In this document: in pieces, positions 15,975 to 25,638 of the stretch
Layout of the letters: each line of letters opens with the position of its first letter
Numbering within the stretch: the stretch's first letter is position 1
Assembly (NCBI RefSeq): GCF_000020025.1
Contig: NC_010628.1
Coordinates: 5,460,001-5,492,000, forward strand
DNA length: 32,000 bases
Origin: Nostoc punctiforme PCC 73102
GTDB lineage: Bacteria; Cyanobacteriota; Cyanobacteriia; Cyanobacteriales; Nostocaceae
Direction of reading: 5' to 3'
Position numbers and translations under genes: made by a program
The notes under the pieces: model-generated
The model's database searches: none
Seen by the model: only the letters and a program-made list of their open reading frames with translations
What the model was told of the DNA's origin: nothing

Positions 15975-18185
15975 TCAATTCCTGAATGTTGGCTCTTGAC
16001 TACTAACTTCAGGCAGCATAGAGGCAAGGTGAGCGGTAACTTGACTGTAGCGGCGGGTAATCAACAGGGAAGAACGACATTGGATAGCTAATTGATCTGT
16101 ATATCTTCCCAAGGTTTGGCGTTCGATACCCCAAGTGCGGCTGGTGCCAGCAATAGTTAAGTCAACACCTTCTGAGGCTTGAATTACAGCTTGGATTGGT
16201 TCTGGGGCTTCGACAATTTTAATTTGAATGCGATCGCGTACACTGGCGGGCAACTGCTCCATCATCGTGTGCAGTTCATAACTCAATTCTTCTCTAGTGT
16301 GATTTGCTGCTATATGTAATATTTGCAACATACAAGTCTCACGATTGATTAGCAGTCTTAAAGCTAGTATTAGTGCTAAATCATCATGGATATTTGCAGA
16401 ATACGGTACAAGTAAACTCTCTAATAGCTCTTTGCCTTTGTCTACAAATACTGCTACATCTACTGGGGCAGTGGTAAGTATTTGTCCGACTCGTCCACCT
16501 AAACGATTACTACTAAAAGCTGGTCGATGCCAGCCTACGAGAATTAAATCAACTTGTTCTAATGTGGCAATCTGTGCTGTTTCGCGGGCAACGTTGCTGG
16601 AGATGCGAACGATAGGATGCACACAAGAACGAGTTTCTGACGGTTCGAGAGTATTAATTAATTCTTCTAGTTGCTGGCGGCGCTGGGCAATTAATCTGTC
16701 TGCTTCAACTGGTGTACTTTCAAAGGCATAGTCTTCTTGAAATTCAATCAGGCTAAGGGGGTTAACAACGGCAGGATATCGGTAACTGAGAGCAACACCG
16801 ACGGCGGGCTGTGCCAAGGCTACTGCCAACTGTACTAAACCTTTTTGGGTACTTGGATTAGCCACTGGCACCAAAATTCGGAAAGGATGAGGGTAAGTTT
16901 CATCTCCAGCAGAGGTATCTATACCTGTTTCTGCTTCCAACTCCGGTTCTACAACATCTAACCTGATCAGCTTCTTCGGATATGTCCATTCCAGCAGTGG
17001 CGAGGTCATGAATGTAGTTACCAATGCCATAATTACCAGCATGGTAAATATCAAGGGGGAAATTACCCCTAACTCTAGACCAATATTTAGCACTATCAGT
17101 TCGGTTAAGCCGCGAGTATTCATTAACCAACCGAGCGCCGAGGCTTCCCGTTTACTAATGCCACTGACACGGGCTGCGACATAAGTGCCAACATATTTGC
17201 CTGCGATCGCTACTCCTAAAACCAACGCACACAAAAGCCACAATTCTGGACGGTTAAGCAAACCAATCTGTGTCTTTAAGCCACTGTAGGCAAAAAATAT
17301 GGGCAGCAAGAATATCAAAACAAAATCTTCGGTTTTTACTGCCAATTCCCTCACTAAATCTTCATTTTTGGGCATTGCTGCTCCCAGTAAAAATGCCCCA
17401 AAAATTAAGTGAATACCAATTAGTTCGGTAATTAATGCCGACGCAACCACAGCCATATAAATCCCAGCTAGCAGCAATTGGCTGAGTCGTCCCGCACGAA
17501 GGTAGTGTTTGGCAAGGCGTTGCAGGAACCAACGTCCCGCCGTCAACATCAAGCCGATGTAAACTATGCTGGCGATAATTGTGGGTATCGCACCAGCAAA
17601 GTCACCAGTTCGAGCAACTGCGATCGCTACTGCCAAGAGACACCAAGCTGTTACATCGTCTACGGCTGCACAAGTTAGCGCCAAGGTTCCTAAACGCGTT
17701 CCTTGTAAATTGTTTTCAGTAATGATTCGCGCCAACACTGGAAAGGCCGTAATCGACATTGCCGCCCCCAAAAATAAGGCAAAGGCAGTGAAGGATACAC
17801 TTGCATTAGAAACTAGGGGATAAAGGATCGCAGCTAGCAATGTTCCCAAGGAAAACGGCACTAAAATACTGACATGAGAAGTTAAAACAGCTACTTCTAA
17901 TTGCCCACTGAGATATTTTGGATTTAGTTCTAGCCCAATCAGAAACATGAAAAATATTAGTCCCACCTGAGACAAAACATTTAAAAAAGGAATAGTTTCT
18001 GGTGGAAACAAGGTAACTGCTAAATGGGGGGCAACTAAACCAAATAAAGATGGGCCGAGCATAATCCCGGCAACAATCTCACCAATTACCAAAGGTTGCT
18101 TAATGGAACGGAATGCTAGCCCCATTAACCGTGAAAGCCCAATAATAATCAGTACTTCAACCAGAACGAGAATAACTATGTGCAT
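15975..18185 (-). CDS. CPA2-family cation/proton antiporter with a C-terminal tandem USP-like domain
   Basis: 736 aa. The N-terminal 400 aa or so is polytopic with Na+/H+-exchanger-type sequence (IGEIVAGIMLGPSLFG, AALFLGAAMSITAFPVLARII, DDVTAWCLLAV). The C-terminal 300 aa or so holds two universal-stress-protein-like units (FRILVPVANPSTQ...VDLILVGWHR...; LLVPYSANIHD...VDLTIAGTSR). Confidence 0.9.
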   Translation of the reverse strand: MHIVILVLVEVLIIIGLSRLMGLAFRSIKQPLVIGEIVAGIMLGPSLFGLVAPHLAVTLFPPETIPFLNVLSQVGLIFFMFLIGLELNPKYLSGQLEVAVLTSHVSILVPFSLGTLLAAILYPLVSNASVSFTAFALFLGAAMSITAFPVLARIITENNLQGTRLGTLALTCAAVDDVTAWCLLAVAIAVARTGDFAGAIPTIIASIVYIGLMLTAGRWFLQRLAKHYLRAGRLSQLLLAGIYMAVVASALITELIGIHLIFGAFLLGAAMPKNEDLVRELAVKTEDFVLIFLLPIFFAYSGLKTQIGLLNRPELWLLCALVLGVAIAGKYVGTYVAARVSGISKREASALGWLMNTRGLTELIVLNIGLELGVISPLIFTMLVIMALVTTFMTSPLLEWTYPKKLIRLDVVEPELEAETGIDTSAGDETYPHPFRILVPVANPSTQKGLVQLAVALAQPAVGVALSYRYPAVVNPLSLIEFQEDYAFESTPVEADRLIAQRRQQLEELINTLEPSETRSCVHPIVRISSNVARETAQIATLEQVDLILVGWHRPAFSSNRLGGRVGQILTTAPVDVAVFVDKGKELLESLLVPYSANIHDDLALILALRLLINRETCMLQILHIAANHTREELSYELHTMMEQLPASVRDRIQIKIVEAPEPIQAVIQASEGVDLTIAGTSRTWGIERQTLGRYTDQLAIQCRSSLLITRRYSQVTAHLASMLPEVSSQEPTFRN

Positions 18186-18541
18186 GGTTTCCTCACAATT
18201 AACTATCTGGTTTCTCTAAGATGAATCTTTAAAGGGTCTGAAAATGCAAGTTCATTAGATACAACTAAGATTAATTTGCCCTTAGTTGTAATGTCAATTG
18301 CTGAGAGGATGCACTTGAAAAGTTGAAAAATGAATTTTGATGATTTTAGGAGATAAATTTAGAATAACTGCCGAATTGCCGATACAAAAAAATAGATAAT
18401 TGGGATTGGTTTCGTACTATTCGTTAAAAGCGGGCACAAACAAATTAGCCATTATAGCTTAGAGTCTATGCGGATAATTTTACTCAACTCCTATGTAATT
18501 AATATCAGTTAATTGGTACTTAATTTTATATTTATCTTTGC

Positions 18542-19831
18542 TTAAGCAGAAGACTTATCATAGCTTGTACCATGCAATAAAAAGGCAATCAGTGGTGATG
18601 CCATGAGTGTAGTAATGACTGCCATAATAACCATTATAGTGAATAAAGTCGGGGTAATTATACCTTGCTCAAGACCAATATTGAGGATGATTAACTCCAT
18701 CAAACCACGAGCATTCATAAGAGCGCCAATAGTTGCAGATTCACGCCAATTTTCTCCGGCTAACCTTGCAGCCAACATACAAGCGACACCTTTACCAAGA
18801 ATTGCGATCGCAATAATTAACAGCGTAATTCCCCACAAAGTAGGCGTGTTTACCAATCCAATTTGAGTGTTCAGTCCAGAGAAGACAAAAAATATCGGTA
18901 GCAAAAAAGAAGTAGTTAAAAACTCACTATATTGGCGAATTTGTTGGGCAAATTCTCCGCGTGGTGTTACTGCTCCCAGCACGAAAGCACCGAATATTGC
19001 ATAGATGCCTGTAATATCGGTAAACCATGCACAAAACATCAAAATTATCAACATCAAAGTCAGGGTTTGTCTGTTCACACCTGCATCGCGTTTTGTCATT
19101 CGTGTGAACGCTCTCAGTAGAGGTTGACCGAGAAAAATTGCAAATAGCACATAGCAAATGCCACCACCAATTGCTAATATGGCAATGCTCAGAGAATTTT
19201 TCACGCTAGCAAGGACGATCGCTAGCAAACACCAAGCAACTCCATCATCTACCGATGCTGCACCTAAAGCCAAAGTACCGAAGCGGGTTTGTGCAAGACC
19301 GCGTTCGTAAAGGATGCGAGCTAACATGGGAAAAGCCGTAATTGTCATCGACGCACCCAGATACAAAGCGGCTGACCAAGGTGTTACCTTTGGTTGAAAG
19401 AAATCGCCATTGTGATAAAACCAAAAAGATGCGATCGCTCCTAAAATAAAAGGAGTAATAATTCCAGCAGCAGATAGCAGACTTGCACTTTTGATATGAT
19501 GTTTTAAAAGTTTAGTGTTGAACTCTAAACCAATCAAAAACATATAAATTACTAACCCAATCTGGCTGATAGCATATAGAATCGACATCGATGGATTGGG
19601 TATCTTGAGCCCTACAGCCGTAATGATGGGAAGCTTAGGAAAAAGCCATTGCTGAAAATCTGGTGCAATCAATCCCAAAAGTGATGGCCCTAGCATTACA
19701 CCTGCAATCATTTCGCAAACAACATCGGTTTGACCAAGATAGCGCCGTCCTAAAATCGTGATGATGCGACAAGTGGCTAAAATAACTGTGAGTTGCAAAA
19801 ATAGCTGAATAACCAGATCAAAATTTGACAT
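18542..19831 (-). CDS. CPA2-family cation/proton antiporter (transporter domain only)
   Basis: 429 aa, paralogous to the N-terminal part of 15975-18185 (EMIAGVMLGPSLLG, ALYLGASMTITAFPMLARIL, DDGVAWCLLAIV), with no cytoplasmic C-terminal domain. Confidence 0.9.
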   Translation of the reverse strand: MSNFDLVIQLFLQLTVILATCRIITILGRRYLGQTDVVCEMIAGVMLGPSLLGLIAPDFQQWLFPKLPIITAVGLKIPNPSMSILYAISQIGLVIYMFLIGLEFNTKLLKHHIKSASLLSAAGIITPFILGAIASFWFYHNGDFFQPKVTPWSAALYLGASMTITAFPMLARILYERGLAQTRFGTLALGAASVDDGVAWCLLAIVLASVKNSLSIAILAIGGGICYVLFAIFLGQPLLRAFTRMTKRDAGVNRQTLTLMLIILMFCAWFTDITGIYAIFGAFVLGAVTPRGEFAQQIRQYSEFLTTSFLLPIFFVFSGLNTQIGLVNTPTLWGITLLIIAIAILGKGVACMLAARLAGENWRESATIGALMNARGLMELIILNIGLEQGIITPTLFTIMVIMAVITTLMASPLIAFLLHGTSYDKSSA

Positions 19832-20241
19832 TGCACTTCCTTAATATGCGTCTCTGCATTGAAAAATCTTTTCAGATTCCAAAGCTTGTCCTGTTTTTCT
19901 CATAGATGACTACATCAGCACAAGTGCTAATTTTAGAAATATTAAGATAGCTGCTTTTAATTTGATAGCAACTGCCCTATTGTTCGTAAAAACGGATACA
20001 ACTTTGTATCAATACAACATATTGCATCCAAACTGAAACCGCCACATACAGCAGATTGCAACTTTATAAGGTACAGATGATTTTAAGGGCACAGTACTGC
20101 TGTGCCCCTATTTGTGTACTTCATTTACCTGAAAAACGCTGTATTAGTTAATTTTTACAAACCGATGTATTTGCATAACAATAACATTTACGCAATAACT
20201 CTCTGAAACTCTTATTACTTCTCTACAAGACCCTATGCAAT

Positions 20242-20676
20242 TTACAACCACTCACCACCCCGAAAACGCCAACGAAGGAAAATAATTCGCATTAGGCTTT
20301 GTGAACTAATAAAAACTGCTAGCCACACGATGCTATAGTGCAGTAGAAAAACTGTTAACGGTAATTCTTCTTTCGGTAAAGGTATTGGTAAAAAGCCAAA
20401 TAGTTTTACTCCACAGAACACAAATACTAATTCCCATATACCAGCTAAAAGTTGATAAACTGCGGGCCAATCCCTGTCCCATCGGGATTTCTGGAGATAG
20501 TTATAAAGCACATCCCAGCCTAAGCCAAATATAGCTACATAAAGAAGTATCCAAAAATAAACCGAGTTAGCACCAGGGCCAATCCAACCCATTGCAAAAG
20601 GCAAGGATACAAGTACGCCGACAGTTACAAATAATAATAATCGAGTTTGCCAACGACCAAATAAAGTTGGTGTCAT
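20242..20676 (-). CDS. Hypothetical integral membrane protein (about 4 TM segments)
   Basis: 144-aa ORF with hydrophobic segments (LLLFVTVGVLVSLPFAMGWI, VYFWILLYVAIFGLGW, LLAGIWELVFVFCGVKLFGF, VFLLHYSIVWLAVFI). No family recognised. Confidence 0.6.
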   Translation of the reverse strand: MTPTLFGRWQTRLLLFVTVGVLVSLPFAMGWIGPGANSVYFWILLYVAIFGLGWDVLYNYLQKSRWDRDWPAVYQLLAGIWELVFVFCGVKLFGFLPIPLPKEELPLTVFLLHYSIVWLAVFISSQSLMRIIFLRWRFRGGEWL

Positions 20677-20688
20677 AAGAGTTAGGAG

Positions 20689-20708
20689 AGACGCGATTAA
20701 TCGCGTCT
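20689..20708. repeat. Perfect 20-bp palindrome AGACGCGATTAATCGCGTCT (copy 2)
   Basis: Identical to 15452-15471. It lies 13 nt upstream of the 20676 start codon and is followed on the plus strand by gtttttat. Confidence 0.9.
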
Positions 20709-20843
20709 GTTTTTATAGATTAATTGTGAAAGGATGTTACATCTACTTTCATTGAAAATTTATTAAGATTGTGGTGCTTTTTGCGAAGATGGCAAATATG
20801 ACGATATTGGCTAGTTTCAAAGCACCAACATATCTATAACTAA

Positions 20844-21590
20844 TTAGGATTGTTTAAGATGATAATTAAATTGAGAATGGTAAGCTGCATTGGCAAAACC
20901 TACTGAATGTATCGCATCCCAATTTATCACATCTTCTAACAAAGCTTGATAACCGAGTGTATTGGGATGAAGACCATCTTCACTTAAACGTTTGAGCCGC
21001 CAATTTTCACCGCGTTCCATCCATTTCTCAAAAATATCTAAATAGGGAATCTGCCGTTTGGTGCAAGCAAGTCTAGTTGCTTCTTTGTAGCGGTACTGAT
21101 CGACATGATTATAGTAAAAACAATCTAAAAATGGCATCTTGGCTTCATCTACTGGCACCATGCCCACAAATAACACAGGACAGAGTTGCTGTGCTAAATC
21201 TAAAAGAGTTGCAATTTCTTTTTCAAACAATGTAAAATCTGTGTAACTGCGACCATCGGGACGCGCTAACCGCGCTGAGTCATTCACACCTACGGATAAA
21301 ATAATCAAGTCGGGGACACGATTTCGCAGTTCACCTCGGTGGCGAAATTCTACTTCTAACCTTTGCGCTACTTGTTGCGTGCGATCGCCTCTTACCCCTA
21401 AATTATAAAGAACATGACCGGCACTATCCGGCAACATCCACCATCGCCGTAGTTGCTCGATCCAGCCTCCTTTTTCCGGGTCGCCGAATCCATAAATTAA
21501 GCTGTCCCCCAGTGCGACAATCTTCATTGACTGAAAGTGATTTGGTGGTACAGACAGCTGCATTGAGGAAGAAGCTAGAAATGTGTGCAT
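20844..21590 (-). CDS. SGNH/GDSL-family hydrolase (lipase/esterase-like)
   Basis: Block I KIVALGDSLIYGFGD (catalytic Ser in GDS), block III SVGVNDS and block V EDGLHPN are present. The start is uncertain: ATGs at 21590, 21563 and 21527, and 21527 gives MKIVALGDS, which is typical for the family. Confidence 0.85.
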   Translation of the reverse strand: MHTFLASSSMQLSVPPNHFQSMKIVALGDSLIYGFGDPEKGGWIEQLRRWWMLPDSAGHVLYNLGVRGDRTQQVAQRLEVEFRHRGELRNRVPDLIILSVGVNDSARLARPDGRSYTDFTLFEKEIATLLDLAQQLCPVLFVGMVPVDEAKMPFLDCFYYNHVDQYRYKEATRLACTKRQIPYLDIFEKWMERGENWRLKRLSEDGLHPNTLGYQALLEDVINWDAIHSVGFANAAYHSQFNYHLKQS

Positions 21591-21970
21591 TTAACAACTA
21601 TATTTTATATCTTTACAAGATTCTATACATTTCTATACCATAGATGGCTATCTTTAGTGTGCAAGCATCTATTTGTTGATATGGTTGCAAGGTTAATATT
21701 GCCGTAGTTGAGGGTCTGAAAGCCAAGTGTCGAGTTTAGAACTTGAAATAGCCGAGGTATTGCACAAATCATGGATACTGATGAATATGAATTTGAGAGA
21801 GTGTTAGAAAATTGCTTAGAGTTCTTACAGCAAAAACGAATCGCCTCAGAAACCCATGACAGTCTCTATCATTCCAACTTTCGAGACTGGCTAGGATAGA
21901 CGGCAAATAAAACTCGACAAAAAATTTCCCTAACCCTCTCAATTAACTAAGAAGATTAGGGACTTAAGAA

Positions 21971-22043
21971 TGGAGCTAAGCGGATTCGAACCGCTGACCC
22001 CCTCAATGCCATTGAGGTGCGCTACCAACTGCGCTATAACCCC
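21971..22043 (-). tRNA. tRNA-Ala (anticodon GGC)
   Basis: The reverse complement ggggttatagcgcagttggtagcgcacctcaatggcattgagggggtcagcggttcgaatccgcttagctcca folds as a 73-nt cloverleaf: 7-bp acceptor, GCGC D-stem, CCTCA/TGAGG anticodon stem, loop AT-GGC-AT, TTCGAAT T-loop. The G3:U70 alanine identity pair is present. CCA is not encoded. Confidence 0.92.
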
Positions 22044-22137
22044 TTAAAAACCCATTATACATAATTACTTAATTTTAGTACCTTGTCAAGCTTTTTATGG
22101 AAACTAAATTTTAAATATCTCTTCTACCACCAGACAC

Positions 22138-22332
22138 TCACAACGACACTTGCAACAAGTAGGTCATACAGTGCCCCATCAAAAAGTAAACTACTAACAT
22201 GGCAGCAGCAGCCAGAGCAACCAATGTACCAGCCAACATGAGAGAAAATTCTTTACTCTCGTAGGCTTTTTCCATTAAGTGCAGCGACCACGCCACCAGA
22301 GCTACATCAAAAAGTAAAATAGGAAGCAACAT
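22138..22332 (-). CDS. Possible small two-TM membrane protein (hypothetical)
   Basis: 64-aa ORF with two hydrophobic helices (LLPILLFDVALVAWSLHL; FSLMLAGTLVALAAAAMLVVYFLMG), about 100 nt downstream of hisF on the same strand. No homology recognisable. Confidence 0.35.
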   Translation of the reverse strand: MLLPILLFDVALVAWSLHLMEKAYESKEFSLMLAGTLVALAAAAMLVVYFLMGHCMTYLLQVSL

Positions 22333-22431
22333 ATTTTTTAATATTTGTTAATACTTGTAAAATAATATTAACACCCTTTTTAAGAAGTGTGTCTAACCTA
22401 AGATAGATGTAATTAAGGGGTGATCTGTGAG

Positions 22432-23205
22432 TCAAGATAATGTTCTTACTGGCACATTGCGATCGCGTAAATAATTTTTGATTTCTGCTACGCTTAATTG
22501 TCCGTAATGTAATAGCGATGCCAGTAGTGCTGCTTCCGCTTTGCCTTCAGTTAGAGCTGTATAAATATGTTCACAATTACCTGCACCACCAGAAGCAATG
22601 ACTGGAATTTCTACAGCGTTTGCAATAGCCCGTGTAATCTCGATGTCATATCCAGCTTGGGTTCCATCAGCATCCATACTTGTTATTAGAAGTTCTCCAG
22701 CACCGCGTTTCTCAACTTCCTGCGCCCACAATAGGGCATCTAAGCCTGTATTTTCCCTGCCACCCCGCACATACACATCCCAACCTGGATTTTCCGGGTT
22801 ATTTCTGCGTCTGGCATCAATAGCAACAACTATGCACTGATTACCAAAGCGATCGCTTGCCCGATTAATCAAGTCTGGATCGCGTACCGCCGCAGAATTA
22901 ATACTAACCTTATCTGCGCCAGCTCGTAACAAAGCTTTAACATTTTCTAAGGATTGAATGCCACCACCCACAGTCAATGGAATAAAGACCTGTTCGGCAG
23001 TCCGGTAGACCACATCTAAAATTGTAGCTCGGTCTTCATGAGTAGCTGTAATATCCAGAAATACTAACTCATCAGCACCGGCTTCGTTGTAAACCTTGGC
23101 CAACTCTACTGGATCGCCTGCATCTTGGAGATTTACAAAGTTAACTCCTTTTACAACCCGTCCCGCCTTCACATCTAAGCACGGTAAGATTCTTTTAGAT
23201 AACAT
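22432..23205 (-). CDS. hisF: Imidazole glycerol phosphate synthase, cyclase subunit
   Basis: 257-aa [58 protein letters not shown]...IPLTVGGGI...VIASGGAG, canonical HisF. Confidence 0.97.
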   Translation of the reverse strand: MLSKRILPCLDVKAGRVVKGVNFVNLQDAGDPVELAKVYNEAGADELVFLDITATHEDRATILDVVYRTAEQVFIPLTVGGGIQSLENVKALLRAGADKVSINSAAVRDPDLINRASDRFGNQCIVVAIDARRRNNPENPGWDVYVRGGRENTGLDALLWAQEVEKRGAGELLITSMDADGTQAGYDIEITRAIANAVEIPVIASGGAGNCEHIYTALTEGKAEAALLASLLHYGQLSVAEIKNYLRDRNVPVRTLS

Positions 23206-23295
23206 AATAACTTTTGTACTTCTGGGTAATTGACCGGAATTTAAATTTTAAATTGGCGCGGGTATTTCCAAACGAAAATTTTCACGGGAATTCGG

Positions 23296-23412
23296 TATGG
23301 GGCATTGGGAATTGAAAAGAGGCAGAGGGGCGGGGTGCAGAGGGGAAAACTATTTTCCCTTGCCCCCTAATCCCCTGCTCCCCTACTCCCCTGCCTGTCC
23401 CACTCCCCACTT
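23296..23412. repeat. G-rich / C-rich heptamer hairpin repeat in the hisF/ruvB divergent spacer
   Basis: atggggcattgggaattgaaaagaggcagaggggcggggtgcagagggg - aaaactatttt - cccttgccccctaatcccctgctcccctactcccctgcctgtcccactcccc. The arms are complementary in composition and partly in sequence. Confidence 0.75.
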
Positions 23413-23443
23413 TCTAGTCCCCTTAAAAGTTGATAGCTGAATT

Positions 23444-24544
23444 ATGGCGATAATCTCCTCGAAAAAACAGCCTCCAGAACCCAACGGAGAACCAAAGCAG
23501 CGTCGGGAGTCGGCGAAAGCACCATCCACAGAAAATATTTTGAAGCCTGAAGCTGCTATTGATGAACAAGAACAACAAGAAGAAGGTATTCGACCGCACC
23601 GATTTGCCGATTACATTGGACAAAAAGATTTAAAGGATGTGCTAGATATTGCCATTAAAGCAGCCAAATCTCGTGGTGAGGTGCTGGATCACTTACTGCT
23701 GTATGGGCCGCCGGGATTGGGCAAAACCACAATGGCAATGATTTTAGCATCGGAAATGGGGGTAAATTACAAAATTACGAGTGCGCCAGCCCTAGAACGT
23801 CCACGAGATATTGTTGGGCTACTGGTGAACATGAAGCCAGGGGATATTTTATTTGTGGATGAAATTCATCGCCTCTCGCGGATGACGGAAGAAATTCTCT
23901 ATCCGGCAATGGAAGATTATCGCTTAGATATTACTATTGGTAAGGGTTCCAGCGCTCGCATTAGAAGTTTGCCACTGTCAAAGTTTACCTTAGTGGGTGC
24001 TACAACCCGTGTCGGTGCTTTAACTTCACCACTGCGCGATCGCTTTGGTTTAATTCAAAAACTTCGATTTTACGAAGTTGACGAACTGACTCAAATTGTA
24101 CTGCGAACCGCTCAATTACTCAAAACCCCTGTTACACAAGATGGTGCTACAGAAATTGCCCGTCGTTCACGCGGAACGCCACGTATTGCCAATAGGCTAC
24201 TAAAGCGTGTACGTGATTATGCGGAAGTAAAAGTATCTGGGGTGATTAATGAAAGCATTGCATCTGAAGCATTGCAACTATTCCAAGTAGATCCTTGCGG
24301 TTTAGATTGGACAGACCGCCAGATGCTGAGTGTGATAATTGAACAATTTAACGGCGGTCCAGTGGGGTTAGAAACAATGGCAGCAGCGACGGGTGAAGAT
24401 ACTCAAACAATTGAAGAGGTGTACGAACCTTACCTCATGCAGATTGGGTATTTAACTCGAACTCATCGCGGCAGGATGGCGACTAAGGCAGCATATAAGC
24501 ATTTGGGATTCACGCCGCCTAATGAACAGTTGTCATTATTGTAA
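23444..24544 (+). CDS. ruvB: Holliday junction branch-migration ATPase RuvB
   Basis: 366-aa ORF with Walker [10 protein letters not shown], Walker [11 protein letters not shown], sensor GATTR and [11 protein letters not shown], canonical RuvB. The N-terminal extension of about 40 aa is low-complexity. Confidence 0.97.
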   Translation: MAIISSKKQPPEPNGEPKQRRESAKAPSTENILKPEAAIDEQEQQEEGIRPHRFADYIGQKDLKDVLDIAIKAAKSRGEVLDHLLLYGPPGLGKTTMAMILASEMGVNYKITSAPALERPRDIVGLLVNMKPGDILFVDEIHRLSRMTEEILYPAMEDYRLDITIGKGSSARIRSLPLSKFTLVGATTRVGALTSPLRDRFGLIQKLRFYEVDELTQIVLRTAQLLKTPVTQDGATEIARRSRGTPRIANRLLKRVRDYAEVKVSGVINESIASEALQLFQVDPCGLDWTDRQMLSVIIEQFNGGPVGLETMAAATGEDTQTIEEVYEPYLMQIGYLTRTHRGRMATKAAYKHLGFTPPNEQLSLL

Positions 24545-24548
24545 TTAT

Positions 24549-24675
24549 GGGCATTGGGCATGGGGCATTGATACTCGTAAATGAGTCTTTGAACTCCTTT
24601 AATGAGTCTTTGAACTCCATTCCTCTGCTCCATGTTCAATGACAAATGACAAATGACAAATAACAAATGACAAAT
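24549..24675. repeat. Composite repeat spacer: GGGCATT units, an 18-bp direct repeat, and a GACAAAT heptamer array
   Basis: gggcattgggcatggggcattg (24549-24570). aatgagtctttgaactcc occurs twice (24580-24597 and 24601-24618, period 21). gacaaatgacaaatgacaaataacaaatgacaaat spans 24641-24675. Confidence 0.85.
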
Positions 24676-24688
24676 TAGGTAAACCTAG

Positions 24689-25492
24689 ATGATTAAATTG
24701 ATTGGTATTTTTCTCAGTCTGTTACTTGTGTTTGGCTGGGCTACTCCAGTCATGGCACAATCTCAACCGCCCATTACTCAAGAACAGTTAAAACAAGGTG
24801 ATGAGTGGGCAAATCAAGCCTTTGCAGCGACGAATCAAGGTGATTTTGCGACGGCTGAAACTTACTGGACAAAAATTATTGAGCAATTTCCGACAAATGC
24901 AGGGGCGTGGAGTAACCGGGGAAATTCGCGGGTGAGTCAGAATAAGTTACAAGAGGCGATCGCAGATTATAACAAAGCGATAGAACTAGCGCCAAATGTC
25001 ACCGATCCATATTTGAATCGGGGGGCGGCGTTGGAAGGGTTAGGAAAATGGGACGATGCGATCGCAGATTATAATTATGTCTTAGAACTCGATCCTAACG
25101 ATGCGATGGCGTATAACAATCGGGGAAATGCCAAAACAGGTTTAGGAAAATGGGAAGATGCGATCGCAGACTACAAAAAATCTAATGAGATAGCCCCAAA
25201 TTTCGCCTTCGCCCGTGCTAACTACGCCCTCGCCCTTTATGAAACTGGTCAAAAAGAGCAAGCAATCCGCGAGATGCGAAATATTGCCCGTAAGTACTCC
25301 AAGTTTGCTGATGTGCGTGCCGCCCTCACAGCTGCATATTGGGTGAATGGAGAGCAAGGTGAAGCCGAAAGCAACTGGGTAGCAGCTTATGGACTTGATA
25401 GCCGTTATAAGGACATTGACTGGGTAAAAAATATCCGCCGTTGGCCTCCCAGTATGGTATCAGCTTTGGATAAGTTCTTGAAAATCAAATAG
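24689..25492 (+). CDS. Secreted tetratricopeptide-repeat (TPR) protein
   Basis: 267-aa ORF with signal peptide MIKLIGIFLSLLLVFGWATPVMAQ, then several TPR units (AWSNRGNSRVSQNKLQEAIADYNKAIELAPN; PYLNRGAALEGLGKWDDAIADYNYVLELDPN; AYNNRGNAKTGLGKWEDAIADYKKSNEIAPN). Confidence 0.85.
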   Translation: MIKLIGIFLSLLLVFGWATPVMAQSQPPITQEQLKQGDEWANQAFAATNQGDFATAETYWTKIIEQFPTNAGAWSNRGNSRVSQNKLQEAIADYNKAIELAPNVTDPYLNRGAALEGLGKWDDAIADYNYVLELDPNDAMAYNNRGNAKTGLGKWEDAIADYKKSNEIAPNFAFARANYALALYETGQKEQAIREMRNIARKYSKFADVRAALTAAYWVNGEQGEAESNWVAAYGLDSRYKDIDWVKNIRRWPPSMVSALDKFLKIK

Positions 25493-25503
25493 AGGCATTG
25501 CTC

Positions 25504-25638
25504 GTGACTCATTTTGGCATCATCTGTCCTGGTGCAGCAACAGGCCCTCTTAATACTATGCTTCGCTTGGGCCAGGAACTTCAACAGCGTGGGCACCGCG
25601 TCACCCTTTTCGGAACCAGAGATTATCCGCGAGTATAA
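25504..25638 (+). pseudogene. Relic: N-terminal 40 codons or so of an MGT/UDP-glycosyltransferase-type gene
   Basis: GTG-initiated frame (V/M)THFGIICPGAATGPLNTMLRLGQELQQRGHRVTLFG then TRDYPRV*. The first 38 residues or so match the characteristic N-terminus of GT1/MGT-family glycosyltransferases (...FGIICPxxxGHLNxMLxLGxELxxRGHxVT.F). The usual His in GHLN is Pro here, and the frame stops after 44 codons. Confidence 0.55.

Noticed and set aside
18261-18289. Perfect 9-bp hairpin acaactaag-N11-cttagttgt between the two antiporter genes, and gggcacag-tactg-ctgtgccc at 20087-20107
   Set aside because: Either could be a terminator for the upstream minus-strand gene. Neither is followed by a convincing U-tract on the minus strand, so I did not call them as features.
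16345-19157. Internal or antisense ORFs within the two antiporter genes (16345-16731, 16900-17130, 17478-17678, 17566-17823, 18603-18866, 18927-19157, 18932-19120)
   Set aside because: They overlap long, clearly polytopic transporter ORFs. Their composition is typical of antisense reads of membrane-protein genes.
21771-21899. 42-codon plus-strand ORF (MDTDEYEFERVLENCLEFLQQKRIASETHDSLYHSNFRDWLG) between the SGNH gene and the tRNA
   Set aside because: It is below the track threshold, has no SD, no recognisable family and no partner gene, and cannot be separated from chance in a 380-bp spacer. It is worth a tBLASTn check only.
23423-25596. Track ORFs 23423-23623 (-), 24463-24666 (-), 25142-25357 (-), 25405-25596 (-)
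   Set aside because: They are antisense to ruvB or the TPR gene, or run through repeat spacers. No coding features are visible.
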